Assembly (NCBI RefSeq): GCF_006345805.1
Contig: NW_021836180.1
Span: forward strand, 62,001 to 126,000
From: Octopus sinensis
Lineage: Eukaryota
Reading direction: 5' to 3'
DNA: 64,000 bases
Position numbers and translations under genes: made by a program. Of the stretch, positions 23,986-35,718 are shown piece by piece (position 1 is the first letter of the stretch; each line of letters begins with the position of its first letter). The notes beneath the pieces are model-generated. The model was not told where the DNA came from and made no database searches. It saw only the letters and a program-made list of their open reading frames with translations.

Positions 23986-24734
23986 TCTTATTTAGAAATG
24001 ATATATACATGTTGCATTTAAAAGGTTATTTTATTTTTGGCAAGAGATGATAGTGCTAAGTAAATATGACTTCTAATTGCCAGGTCCATTGACAGCAGTT
24101 ATCCTGATAATGTTCTTGGAGGTGCACATGTATGTGTGTGTGGAAGTATGAAGAATCTATTACCACTGCTGTTGCTGCTACAACTCCTACTACTACAAAA
24201 AGTACTGTTGCCACTGGTTGTGCCCTTGTGCTGGTGAATGAGGTAGAGATGGTACACAAATGATGACAATGTTGTCAGAGACAATCATATTTTGCTCCAG
24301 CTTGACCTTGTTCCTCCACAATGATAGTGAAAAGTGTATTGCCCATGACAATCCCATCTCTGTACATACACAGCTTATCTAGTTCTACATTATATAGTGT
24401 GATCCTCCTCATTTAGAGATGGCTGAGTGTGATATGAGGGAGAATTTGTTACTGTTTCTTGTTGGTATGTTATTGTTGTTGAAACTTAAGTCAAACCTAA
24501 ACAGACAAAACTATAATAAAAATAAATTCTAGTCACAATCAAGCCATCTCTCATGACACAGTTTATCTTAGACTATATCATCCTATGTGTTCTTCCTATG
24601 TTTTAAAGACTGCAGGTCATGACTTGAGAGAGGTGCTTGTTACTTGTAGCAGGTCAATAAACCCCATAGTGTATATTGAATTGGCTCATTATGTTTACTG
24701 TTGTTGTTGTTGTTGTTATCATCATCATTATCAT

Positions 24735-25915
24735 CATCATCAAAGCGGCAAACTCGCAGAATCGTTAGCATGCTGGGTGAAATGCTTAGCCGTATTTTGT
24801 CTGCTGCTATGTTCTGATTTCAAATTCTGGTCAACTTTGTTTTTCATCCTTTCCGAGTCGATAAATTAAGTACCAGTTAAACACTGGGGTCAATGTAATC
24901 AACTAGTCCCCTCCCACCAAATTTCAGGATTATTATTATTATTATGTGAAGGTGCAAGGCTCAGTGGTTAGAGCATCGAGCTTACAATCGTGAGGTTGTG
25001 AGTTCAAATCTCGGAGCGGGCTGCGTGTTGTGTTCTTGAGCAAGACACTTTATTTCACATTGCTCTAGTTCACTGAGCTGTAGAAATGAGTTGTGACGTC
25101 ACAGGTGCCAAGCTGTATTGGCCCTTTTGCCTTTCCCTTGGATAACACTGGTGGTGTGGAGAGGGGAGGCTGGAATGCGTGGGCGACTGCCGGTCTTCCA
25201 TAAACAACCTTGCCCGGACTTGTGCCTGAGAGGGTAACTTTCAAGGTGCAATCCCATGGTCAGTCATGACCGAAGAGGGTCTCAGCTCAGCATTATTATT
25301 ATTATCATAATTATTATTAAGGCAGTGAGCAGGCAGAATCGTTAGCATACCAGGCAAAATGCTAACCAGTATTTTACTTGTCTTCACAGTCTGAGTTTAA
25401 ATTCTGCCAAGGTTGACTTTGCCTTTCATCCTCTTAGGGTCAATAAAATAAGTACCAGTTGATCATCGGTGTTTACATTGATCACTGGAGTCGATGTAGT
25501 GTACTTCCCCTTTCCCTGAAAACTGCTGGCCTTGTGCCAAAATTTGAAACTATTATCATTTTTTGTCAGGGCATGGATTGGTAGAATCACTGGCGCATGG
25601 GGTAAAATGTTATGTGTTGTTTCTTCTGGCTCTTTATGTCCTGAGTTCAAATCCCACCAAGGTCAATTTTGCCTTTATTCTTTCAGATTCAACAAAATCA
25701 AGAAACAGTTAAATACTGGTGTCCATGGTACCAATTAAGCCCCTTCTACTCCCATTTCAAAATTTCAGGCCCTTTGCCCACATTAGAAATTATGATTTGT
25801 ATTAATTATTATCTCGTCAGTGATGAGTGAGCAGACTCGTTAGAATGTTGAACAAAATATTTAGTGGTATTTCATTCACTAAAACTGCTGGCCTTGTGCC
25901 AAAATCTGAAATCAT
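24735..25915 (+). mobile_element. Cluster of co-oriented SINEs, including a CORE-like SINE at 24946-25283
   Basis: A box ggctcagtggttagagc, B box gagttcaaatc, CORE-like gtgttcttgagcaagacactt; four further copies of the gctggcagaatcgttag family. Confidence 0.85.
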
Positions 25916-26253
25916 TATCTGTGGTAGTAGTAGTAGTAGTAGTAGTAGTAGCAGTAGTAGTACAAATGGGAGTAGTAGAAGCAGCAGCTTTAGTCATTTT
26001 TATTTTAGCTCAGACATGATTAAGGTAACCTAATTTCAAAGGTATTCTAACCATTAAAATCCTGTCTTTTTGTTAATTGAAGGAGGCTTGGCACTAGTTC
26101 TAGCATGTTGAGTGACTACATAGCATAAGAATGAAAGTAATTTTAAGGAATGCTCTCAAAAGCTATTCAAATAAACTGATATTGCCCTCAAATTTCGAAA
26201 TGCATAAAAATACAGCAATCGGTCATAGACTCATGTCATGTATTAATTATATA

Positions 26254-26652
26254 TACTCTTCTACTTGTTTCAGTCATTTGACTGTGGCCATGCTGGAGCA
26301 CCGCCTTAAGTCGAACAAATCGACCCCAGGACTTATTCTTTGTAAGCCTAGTACTTATTCTATTGGTCTCTTTTGCTGAACTGCTAAGTTACGGGGATGT
26401 AAACACACCACCATCGGTTGTCAAGCTATGTTGGGGAGAACAAACACAAACACATAAACACTCACACAAGTATACATATATATATATATATATACGACGG
26501 GCTTAGTTTCCATCTACCAAATCCACTCACAAGGCTTTGGTTGGCCCGAGGCTATAGTAGAAGGCACTTGCCCAAGGTGCCATGCAGTGGGAATGAACCT
26601 GGAACCATGTGGTTGGTAAGCAAACTACTTACCTCACAGCCACTCCTGCACC
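26254..26652 (-). mobile_element. Full-length tRNA-derived CORE-type SINE (related copies at 33271-33697 and ~38250-38614)
   Basis: Head gtggctgt..ggtaag...ggttcattccc, core caccttgggcaagtg, tail ggcggtgctccagcatggcc...gaaacaagta. Confidence 0.85.
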
Positions 26653-26679
26653 TATATAAAAAATGAAATATGCAGCATG

Positions 26680-27132
26680 TTGACAGAGCGGCTAACTGGC
26701 TTCCATACCAGTGGCACATAAAAAGCACCATTCGTGTGTGATCGTTACCAGTATTGCCTTACTAGCACTTGTGCCCGTGCTAGTAGGGTGCCAAGAGCAC
26801 CATCCGAGTGTGATTGTTGCCACAGGGCACCATTCATGCATGAACGTTACCAGCGCGGCCTTACTGGCACCTGTGCCGGTAGCACGTGTAAAAAGATTCG
26901 AGCGAGGTCATTGCCAGTACCGCCTGACTGGCCTCCGTGCAGATGGCATGTAAAAAGCACTCACTACACTCTCGGAGTGGTTGGCGTTAGGAATGGCATC
27001 CAGCTGTAGAAACTCTGCCAGATCAAGATTGGAGCCCGGTGCAGCCATCTGGTTTGCCAGCCCTCAGTCAAAATCGTCCAACCCGTGCTAGCATGGAAAG
27101 CGGACGTTAAACGATGATGATGATGATGATGT
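26680..27132 (+). mobile_element. RTE-type 3' UTR/tail with internal minisatellite, ending in (GAT)n
   Basis: Same tail follows RTE ORF ends at 34040-34436 and 34679-35180. Confidence 0.75.
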
Positions 27133-28320
27133 GAATTTCGTGCGCAGAAACTGTGTGGAAGCCATCTTTGTGTCTGAGTATAATATATATATGAATATAT
27201 GTGTGTGTGTTTGTGTGTATGAGCACAGGTGTAGCTGTGTGGTAAGAAGTTTGCTTCCCAACCATATGCTTCTAGGTTCAGTCCCACAGGGTGGAACATT
27301 TGAGCAAATGTCTTCTACTATAGCCTCGGGGACAAGTGAAGCCTAATAAGTGGATTTGGTAGACAGAATCAGAAAGAAGCACAGTGTGTGTATGTGTGTG
27401 TGAGAGAGAGAGTATTTCTTTATTCACCACAAGGTTGAGAAAAAGAGGGGACAAAACAAACGTTGGGGTCAGGGTATCGAATGAGACGAAACGTATGAAT
27501 AAACAAACAATTAAAATCTATACAATTAAATGAGAATGAGTGAATAACAAAAAATGAAGCAGAGGACGCAGTTGACCCCACAAACCCCATACTCACACTG
27601 AAGACTTTGCTTTCTCCTTTTTTACATTCTCAATTAAACAGGTTCTTTCACTCGCAACATATTTGCTATAGACTTCTATCTTTTACGAAACACACTTTGC
27701 GACAGGCATTTCTTCTCCAGCCTTATTTTCCGTTTCATGTGGAAAACGAAAAAGTTGATTAGCTGGAGACTGGAGATAAACATGCCTGTTGCAATTCCTT
27801 TTACTCTCGTCTTCTTTCACCATAGCAACTACCGAGAGAAAACAGGCTCGCTCCTCCCTAAGAGTTCGTGTATCTCCTTTTGTCCTCCACCACAACTGGT
27901 GTTTGTTTGCTTAAGTGTATGTAACTTAGCAGTTCGACAAAATAACCAACAGAATGAGAACCAGGGTTAAACAAAAAATATTGGAGTCAATTCGTTTGGC
28001 TAAAATCTCTTCAAGATGGTGCCCCAGTGTGGAATGACGTCAGCAGCTGGACGTCAGCAGCCGGGTGCGTTGACCGGAAGCTAGGGCAACCGGAAGGGGT
28101 CAGCGTCAGGCGTGCGCAGGGAGCGGGGAATTGCGCCCTTTCCAACGTGGGTCGTGGAGGTGACAAGACGTGTGAGGACGTCGCTAAGGATTTGGGCTAG
28201 CAGCTGCTATCGTTAGTGTTCGGGTCGGGGCTGTGTGGAAGGACTAGTCACCGCTGGAGGGTCTCCGTCACTAAGAAGAGAAGGTAGGTGCCTCTATATT
28301 CAAATCGCGCACACACTACA

Positions 28321-28332
28321 AGCTATTTCGGC
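28321..28332 (+). promoter_or_regulatory. Candidate primer-binding site complementary to tRNA-Phe nt 1-12
   Basis: agctatttcggc abuts the LTR; its reverse complement GCCGAAATAGCT matches the metazoan tRNA-Phe(GAA) 5' end as I recall it. Confidence 0.65.
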
Positions 28333-28364
28333 CATTCTTAAACATTTACATTTTTTTCAACACG

Positions 28365-29129
28365 ATGTCCGCAAAAATTAGGATCGCCAGTGACGTCGTC
28401 AGACCTTTTAGTAGCGAAGGCGATGTAGTGGCCTGGATTTGCAAAATCAGGCTGGTGGCAAGACTGCAGGGCATAAGCGACGTGGCGAGTCTTATGGCGC
28501 TGTATTTAGAAGGGAGTGCGTTAACGCTATACCTAGAGATGGATGAAGAGGAACGGCTCAGCGAGGAGAATATAGAGCGACGCTTGTGTGATGCCTACAC
28601 GGAATGCGAGTACACAGCTTTTGCTAAGCTAGGTGCAATCAGGTGGACGGGAGGCCAAGTGGATGACTTTGCATCAGAAGTTAGAAGGCTGGCGACTCTG
28701 GCCGGGTTTGCGGGAGAGGGACTGGAGAGAGCAGCCTGATTGGCGTTCGTGAATGGGTTCCCCGACGATGTAGGGATTCACCTACAACGACTGCCCGGGG
28801 TTAAAAAGATGCCGTTGAGCGAACTTGTAGCTCAGGCTCGCGTGTTGACGAGACACTCTGGGCGGAAGGCGATAGCGATGGCGGTGACGGAGGCGCGTAA
28901 AGACGGACGACGTCCCGAGAAAGAGGTACAGAAGTTTACCGTGCAACGACAGCGGCCGTTCTCAGGACGGTGTTTTAGATGCCAGGGACCACACATGGCG
29001 CGGGACTGTATGCAGCCGGGGCCCGTTTGCTATCGATGCAGGCAGACAGGGCACATTGCCCGTGATTGCGACCAGGGAAACGACCGCGGGGAAATTGCTG
29101 CTTCTCGAACTTTCCCCTCAAATGAGTAG
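28365..29129 (+). pseudogene. gag: Gypsy gag with in-frame stop at 28737-28739
   Basis: Two Zn knuckles, CFRCQGPHMARDC and CYRCRQTGHIARDC; in-phase G GGA AAC slippery heptamer at 29075-29081. Confidence 0.9.
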
Positions 29130-31944
29130 AGGTGCTATTGGAGACACTGCCATTGATTGACGTGGAGGCCGAGGGGGAGACGTTCAAGGCCCTTGTGGAT
29201 ACGGGCTGTACGACCACCCTGGTGACTTAGAGGGTGACGAAGGAATGGAACGGGGTGAGTAGTGTCCGGGCGGTCGACGGCAGTGAAATCCGTTGCAGAG
29301 GCAGCAGCAAGGTAGAGATAGTGGTGCGCGGCACGACGCTAAGGCTGCAGGCAATTGTGGCCGAACGCATGATAGATGGAGTTGACGTGGTGATGGGGAT
29401 GGACGCCATCAACTGCCTCGGTGGCGTCAGTGTTGTGGGAAATGAGGTCATGTTCGGAAGCGTGGGGGCGTCGTGCACTGCAAGTCAGGATCGCCAGAGA
29501 GAGCAGAGCCCCGCGAGGGACTGTGCAGCTTACACCATCGAGGACAAAGACTTTCAGGCTGCGTTCGATGGTCAGCGGTGGACGATAGAGTGGCGATGGA
29601 AGGACGGGCCCCCGACGCTGGAGAACAGGGTGAGCTGTTACCAGCATACCCTGAAAGGCCACGCCAGAGTCGAGTTTGAAGATGAGGTGGAGAGGTGGAT
29701 CGAGGAAGGGGTCCTTGTCCCTTGGAAGGAGGAGGTAGCGGGCGGAGTGCTACTCCTGATGGTGGTGGTGCAGCCTACGAAGGGAAAAGTCAGACCGGTG
29801 CTGGACTTCAGGGAGCTAAACCAGCACATATCGTGTCACACGGGAGGTGAGGCGACAGACGTTTCTGGCGAGGCATTACGTAAGTGGAGACAGTCGACTG
29901 AGGCAGCGACGATTGTCGACTTGAGATCGGCATACTTGCAGCTCCATGTGAGCGACAAACTGTGGCGATATCAGCTGGTGCAGTACAAGGGCCGGACGTA
30001 CTGTCTAACCAGGCTGGGTTTCGGGCTGAATTCCGCTCCGAAGATCATGGCGGCAGTGCTTAGGTCCGTCCTAGGGAAAGACGGCAAGATTAGAAAGGCC
30101 ACCAGCTCCTACATTGACGACATTTTGGTGGACGAAACTGTAGTGCCAGCCGACGAGGTAGTTAGACATCTGGAGAAGTTCGGACTGATTGCTAAGCCAC
30201 CGGAGTCGATTGAAGGGGGAGCCGCGCTGGGGCTGAAGCTGCGAAGAGTTGGATCAGGTGAATTGGTGTTCTGGAGAGGAAATGAAATCCCAGAGCTGAG
30301 TTCCAGCGTCAGCAGGAGAGAGCTGTTCTCGGTGTGTGGGAAGTTGGTCGGTCACTACCCGATCGCTGGATGGCTGCGCACGGCGTGTAGTTATACCAAG
30401 AGACGAGCAGAAGGAGAGAGGTGAGGCGACAAGGTGGGAGAAGGGACGGTGGCGATGATGCAGGAAATCCTAGAGAGGACAAGAGCGGAAGACCCGGTCG
30501 GGGGGAACTGGTACGTGCCCAAGACGAAATGCGGGACCGTCTGGTGTGATGCTAGCAGTATAGCGATAGGGGTGGTATTGGCAATCGAAGGCACTGCGTT
30601 GGAGGACGCGGCCTGGCTTTGGAAAGCAGATGATTTCAACCACATCAATGTCGCCGAATTAGACGCGCTGCTGAAAGGGGTGAACTTGGCCTTGAAATGG
30701 GGGCTGCGCACAATTGAAATCCGGACGGATTTGGCCACTGTGCTTGGCTGGGTAGGATCGGTGATCACTGGTGACAGGAGAGTGCGGACGAAAGGTGCTG
30801 TGGAGATGTTAGTGAAGCGCCGTCTAGGAGTTCTAGGTGAATTGATCGCCGAGTTCGGACTGAAGCTGAACGTGGTTTTCGAGCCTTCGGAGAAAAACAG
30901 GGCGGACGTACTGACCAGGGTGAAAAGAGCGTGGTTGGAAGAACTGGAGGAGGCCCGGAAAGGGATAGCTGTGGCGTGTTGGTTGGATGACTCTGAACTG
31001 AAGAAACTGCATGATATGCATCACCTGGGTGTGGACAGGACCCTGTATCTGGCAAAAAAAATTGATGCTGACGTCACTAGGAGAAGCGTCCGGAAGGTGG
31101 TCGGGAGCTGTGACAGGTGTCAGTCCATCAACCCTGCTCCGTGTGGGCATGAACAGGGAAGCCTTTCCGTGGAGCAGGACTGGAAAAGGCTAGCTGTGGA
31201 TGTGACACACTACCGTCAGCGAATGTACCTCTTTATGATCGACTGCGGGCCGGGCCGGCTGGCCATTTGGAGGAGTTGAGATCGGGCATTGCTGACGAGA
31301 TTGCGCAGATCCTGAACGGGATATTTTTAGAGAGAGGTCCCTTGGAAGAACTACTGTTGGACAACTGGGCAGCGTTTCGTTCGGAAGCATTGAGGGTTAT
31401 GCTTGATCGGTGGAATGTGCGACGCTTGTTCAGAGCAGCGTATAGGCTGAGCGGTAACGGGATCGTGGAGAGGCACCATCGGACAGTCAAGGCCATAGCG
31501 GAAAGAGGGCACATTTCGCCACTTGAAGCAGTTTTTTGGTACAACTTGTCTCCCCGATCCGGACAAGCTGAGGAATCTGTGCCGCAGAGAGCTGTGTTCA
31601 AATATGAATGGAGGCACCCGAGCAAAGTGCCGGAGGGTCACGAGGAAGAGAAGGGACCCATTCGCGTGAAAATAGGGGAGGAAGTCTGGGTCAAGCCACC
31701 AAAGGCGCGCTGTACGTCTCAATGGAGCAGAGGAACGGTGACGGCGATCAATTCCAGAAGCAACGTATCCGTAGATGGAACACCACGACACGTCTTGGAC
31801 CTTCGCAAGATTGTTGCTTCGACGGACGATGATTCTGGAGAGGGGGAGAACGAGGAGCCCAGCTTGAGAAGATCTCGACGAGCAAGGCGCTCTCCCGGTT
31901 GGATGGTGGACTACAACATGGAGCGGAGAGATTGTGATCTTTAA
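29126..31944 (+). pseudogene. pol: Gypsy pol (protease, RT, RNase H, integrase) with stops at 29228 and 30422 and a frameshift near 31270
   Basis: ALVDTG (29198), RPVLDFRELN, DLRSAYLQL, YIDD (30110), WCDAS, HHCC zinc finger, LAVD/LDN/GIVERHHRT integrase core; -1 frame relative to gag. Confidence 0.93.
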
Positions 31945-32510
31945 GATCAGGGTGGCGTGTGGGATGACGTCAGCAGCCGGGTGCGTTGACCGGAAGCTAG
32001 GGCAACCGGAAGGGGTCAGCGTCAGGCGTGCGCAGGGAGCGGGGAATTGCGCCCTTTCCAACGTGGGTCGTGGAGGTGACAAGATGTGTGAGGACGTCGC
32101 TAAGGGTTTGGGCTAGCAGCTGCTATCGTTAGTGTTCGGGTCGGGGCTGTGTGGAAGGACTAGTCACCGTTGGAGGGTCTCCGTCACTAAGAAGAGAAGG
32201 TAGGTGCCTCTATATTCAAATCGCGCACACACTACACCCAGTATGGCCACAGTCTAATGACTGAAGCAAATGTATATATATATATAAATATGAGGTAACA
32301 AACAAAGGAAAAAATTCCTTCAAAGGTATGTGTAAAACATCCAATTCACTTGTATGTTGGTTGAATACCACATAAATATGGGTATAATGCAAATTACATA
32401 TAATAAATTAAATAGAGAGTTACAAATGACAATCAAATAATTTATTTATATCATAATATAACATAATATACTATGAATATAATATAAGAAACAATCATTT
32501 AAAAAAACAA

Positions 32511-32598
32511 AATAGCCAACAATTTGTTTCGACTTATATACATTTTTTAATATATAAACAATTCAATTCCCTTATATATAAGCCTCATCAGGGCAACT
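32511..32598 (-). ncRNA. Type I hammerhead ribozyme motif (Penelope-like); duplicate at 58702-58789
   Basis: CUGAUGA (32591-32585); 10-bp stem II ggcttatata/tatataagtc; GAAAC; short stem III; GUU triplet (32520-32518); stem I agttgcc/ggctatt with one mismatch. Confidence 0.7.
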
Positions 32599-32832
32599 GG
32601 TGTGTAGAAAGACTTCTTCAGTGTTATGTGTCATGTCTTCAATATTTTGAAGAATTGTATTATTCGGAAGTGAAATATTTTCAGTCTCGCATCACTGCGT
32701 CTTGTTCCATCATTTCGCTCGCTTTCTCTTTTTATTCTACTCGCTGGCATTCATTATTGTTAGGCCCTCAAAAGCGGCGAGCTGGTAGAATTGTTAGGAT
32801 GCTGCACAAATATATTAGCAGTATTTCTACCG

Positions 32833-33170
32833 GTGAAGGTGTATGGTTCAGTGGTTAAAGCGTCGATCTTACGACCATGAGGTTGTGAGTTCGAGTCCCA
32901 GACCGGGCTGCATGTTGTGTTCTTGAGCAAGACACTTTATTTCGCGTTGCTCCACTTCACTCAGCTGTAGAAATGAGTTGCAACGTCACAGGTGCCAAGC
33001 TGTATCAGCCCCTTTGCCTTTCCCTTGGATAACACTGGTGGCGTGAAGAGGGGAGGTCAGTATGCATGGGCGACTGCCGGTCTTCCATAAACAACCTTGC
33101 CCGGACTTGTGCCTCGGAGGGTAACTTTCTAGGTGCAATCCCACGGTCAGTCATGACCGAAAGGGGTCTC
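32833..33170 (+). mobile_element. CORE-like SINE following a truncated SINE head
   Basis: Same family as 24946-25283. Confidence 0.85.
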
Positions 33171-33763
33171 AATTCAAATTCAATAAGGGAATTGAATCGT
33201 TTGTATATTAAAAAATGTATATAAGTCGAAACATATTGTTGGCTGTTTTGTTTTTTCAAATAATTGTTAGTTACTCTTTTACTTGTTTCAGTCATTTGAC
33301 TCCGGCCATGCTGGAGCACCGCCTTTAATCGAGCAACTCGACCCCGGGACTTATTCTTTTGTAATCCTAGTACTTATTCTATCGGTCTCTTTTGCCAAAC
33401 TGCTAAGTAACGGGGACATAAACACACCAGCATCGGTTGTCAAGCAATGCTAGGGGGACAAACACAGACACACAAACGCACACACATACACACATATATA
33501 TATATGTATATATATACATATATATATATATATACGACGAGCCTCTTTCAGTTTCCATCTACCAAATCCACTCACAAGGCTTTGGTCGGCCCGAGGCTAT
33601 AGTAGAAGACACTTGCCCAAGGTGCCATGCAGTGGGACTGAACCTGGAACCATGTGGCTGGTTAGCAAGCTACTTACCACACAGCCACTCCTGCACCTAT
33701 ATTATATTATATTCATAGTATATTATGTTATAATGTAAATAGATAATTGGATTGTCCTTTGTA

Positions 33764-34436
33764 CAGCTTTCCTCATCCATTCATAGTACATGACCATACC
33801 AATGAGAGACGTTTGTGTTGGTATGGTCATATACTGTGGATGGATGAGGAGAGCTGTGAAGAAGTGCCACTCCCAAACAGTGGTAGGAATCCAGGGTAGA
33901 GGGAGACCCAAGAAGACATAGGATGAGGTGGTGAAGCATGACCTTCAAATATTAAGCCTCACAGAGGCAATGACAAAAGACCGAGACCTCTGGAGGTATG
34001 CTGTGACTGAGAAGACCCCGCAAATAAAGTGAATCTTCAGTTGTAACCTACACCAGTGTTGCATAGCCAGCCCACTCAAAAGTACCTTGGATCGTAGAAT
34101 GACATGCCATTCTTGAGGTGACCTATTGAGTCAAGTAGATCAACATCAAATCAAATGGAAATTGTAGTTGTGAGCCCGTGCTGGTAGCACGTAAAAAGCA
34201 CCATCCAAATGTGGCCAATGCCAGTGCCGCTTTGACTGGCTTCCGTGCTGGTGGCATGTAAAAGGCACCCACTACACTCTTGGAGTGGTTGGTGTTAGGA
34301 AGGACATCCAGCTGTAGAAATACTGCCAGGTCAGATTGGGGCCTAGTGCAGCCTCCTGGTTTCCCAGACCCCAGTCGAACCGTCCAACACATGCCAGCAT
34401 GAAAAACGGACGTTAAACGATGATGATGATGATGAT
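33764..34436 (+). mobile_element. 5'-truncated RTE LINE with a foldback at its 5' end
   Basis: RRLCWYGHILWMDEESC...GRGRPKKT*DEVVKHDLQILSLTEAMTKDRDLWRYAV, then 3' UTR and (GAT)n. Confidence 0.85.
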
Positions 34437-34678
34437 TGATATTACTCTTTACTCTTTTACTTGTTTCGGTCATTTGACTGCGGCCATGCTAGAGCACCGC
34501 CTTTAACTGAGCAACTCGACCCCAGTTTGAACTCGGAATGTAGCGATGGGTGAAATCAATGAACAGTAATGACATGTTTGCAGGGTGAAAGCAAAAGATT
34601 GCCGATAAACGTTAGAAAAGCAATTCCTTCCTTTTCGCGTGCTGTGTTCAGCTCTAACTTGTTCTTTGTAAGCCTAGT

Positions 34679-35389
34679 ACATCATCGTCGTTTAATGTCC
34701 GCTTTCCATGCTAGCATGGACGATTTTGACTGAGGGCTGGCAAACCAGATGGTCTTACCAGTCTCCAATCATGATATGGCAGAGTTTCTACAGCTGGATG
34801 CCCTTCCTAACACCAACCACTCCGAGAGTGTAGTGGAAGCTTTTTATGTGACACCGGCATGGGGGCCAGTCAGGCAGTTCTGGCAACGACCTCGCTTGAG
34901 TCTTTTTACACATGCCACCAGCACAGGTGCCAGTAAGGTGGCATTGGTAACAATCATGCTTGAATGGTGCCCTTTTACGTGCCACTGGCATGGAAGTCAG
35001 TTGGCTGCTCTGGCAACGATCACACTTGGATGGTGCTCTTGGCACCCTACTAGCATGGGCACAAGTGCCAGTAAGGCGACGCTGGTAACAATCACACTCG
35101 TATGGTGCTCTTTGCACCCTGCCAGCATGGACGCCAGTCATCAAATTTGATTTTGATTTTGCTTTTGATTGGTTTGATTTGATTTTACTTGCCTCAACAG
35201 GTCTTCACAAGCAGAGTTTTAGTGACCAAAGAAGGAAAGGTTATGCACAAGTGGGCTGGTTACGCCCCTGGCATAGGCCATGAGATTATGGTTTCATTTG
35301 GTTTGCCAAGTCTTCTCATGCACGGCATATTTCCAAGGGTCTCGGTCACTAGTCATTTCCTTGGTGAGGCCTGAAGTTCGAAGGTCGTG

Positions 35390-35392
<3 letters not shown>
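34679..35392 (-). mobile_element. 5'-truncated RTE LINE, convergent with the previous copy
   Basis: KHDLRTSGLTKEMTSDRDPWKYAVHEK ORF end plus the same 3' UTR and tail. Confidence 0.85.
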
Positions 35393-35437
<45 letters not shown>

Positions 35438-35650
35438 TATGTGTGTGTGTGTGTGTGTGTGACTGCGTGTGTATTGTTGGCGATTTTCTTTTTCTGTCTT
35501 CCCTTCCTTGGACCTTTCCTCTTTCTGCTTCTGATGAAGAGCTCCACTCGAAACTTTAAATCCTCCTTCTTTCTTTCCTTCCAAATAACACTATACTTGT
35601 TCCCCGTCCTTGCGTTGTTGTGTTTTCTCTTTGTTCATGTTCGGATTAAC

Positions 35651-35700
<50 letters not shown>

Positions 35701-35718
35701 TATTTATATATATATATA

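Larger units (their letters stand above)
28028..32236 (+). mobile_element. Full-length, decayed Ty3/Gypsy LTR retrotransposon (4209 bp), 5-bp TSD CCCAG
   Basis: LTRs 28028-28320 (293 bp) and 31958-32236 (279 bp), both TG...CA; TSD at 28023-28027 and 32237-32241; purine-rich tract before the 3' LTR; gag-PR-RT-RH-IN order; inserted in a SINE tail. Confidence 0.97.

Noticed and set aside
24056-24300. Thr/Ala-rich or signal-peptide-like short ORFs upstream of copies 2/3
   Set aside because: Low-complexity CTA/CTG repeats; no splice or homology support.
24946-25030. tRNA gene-like A/B boxes (also at several other SINE heads)
   Set aside because: They continue into SINE bodies and lack a complete cloverleaf; SINE heads, not tRNA genes.
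28028-28320. Tf1-type self-priming sequence within the LTR
   Set aside because: The best candidate (accggaagct) pairs only partially with the PBS; the tRNA-Phe match is 12/12.
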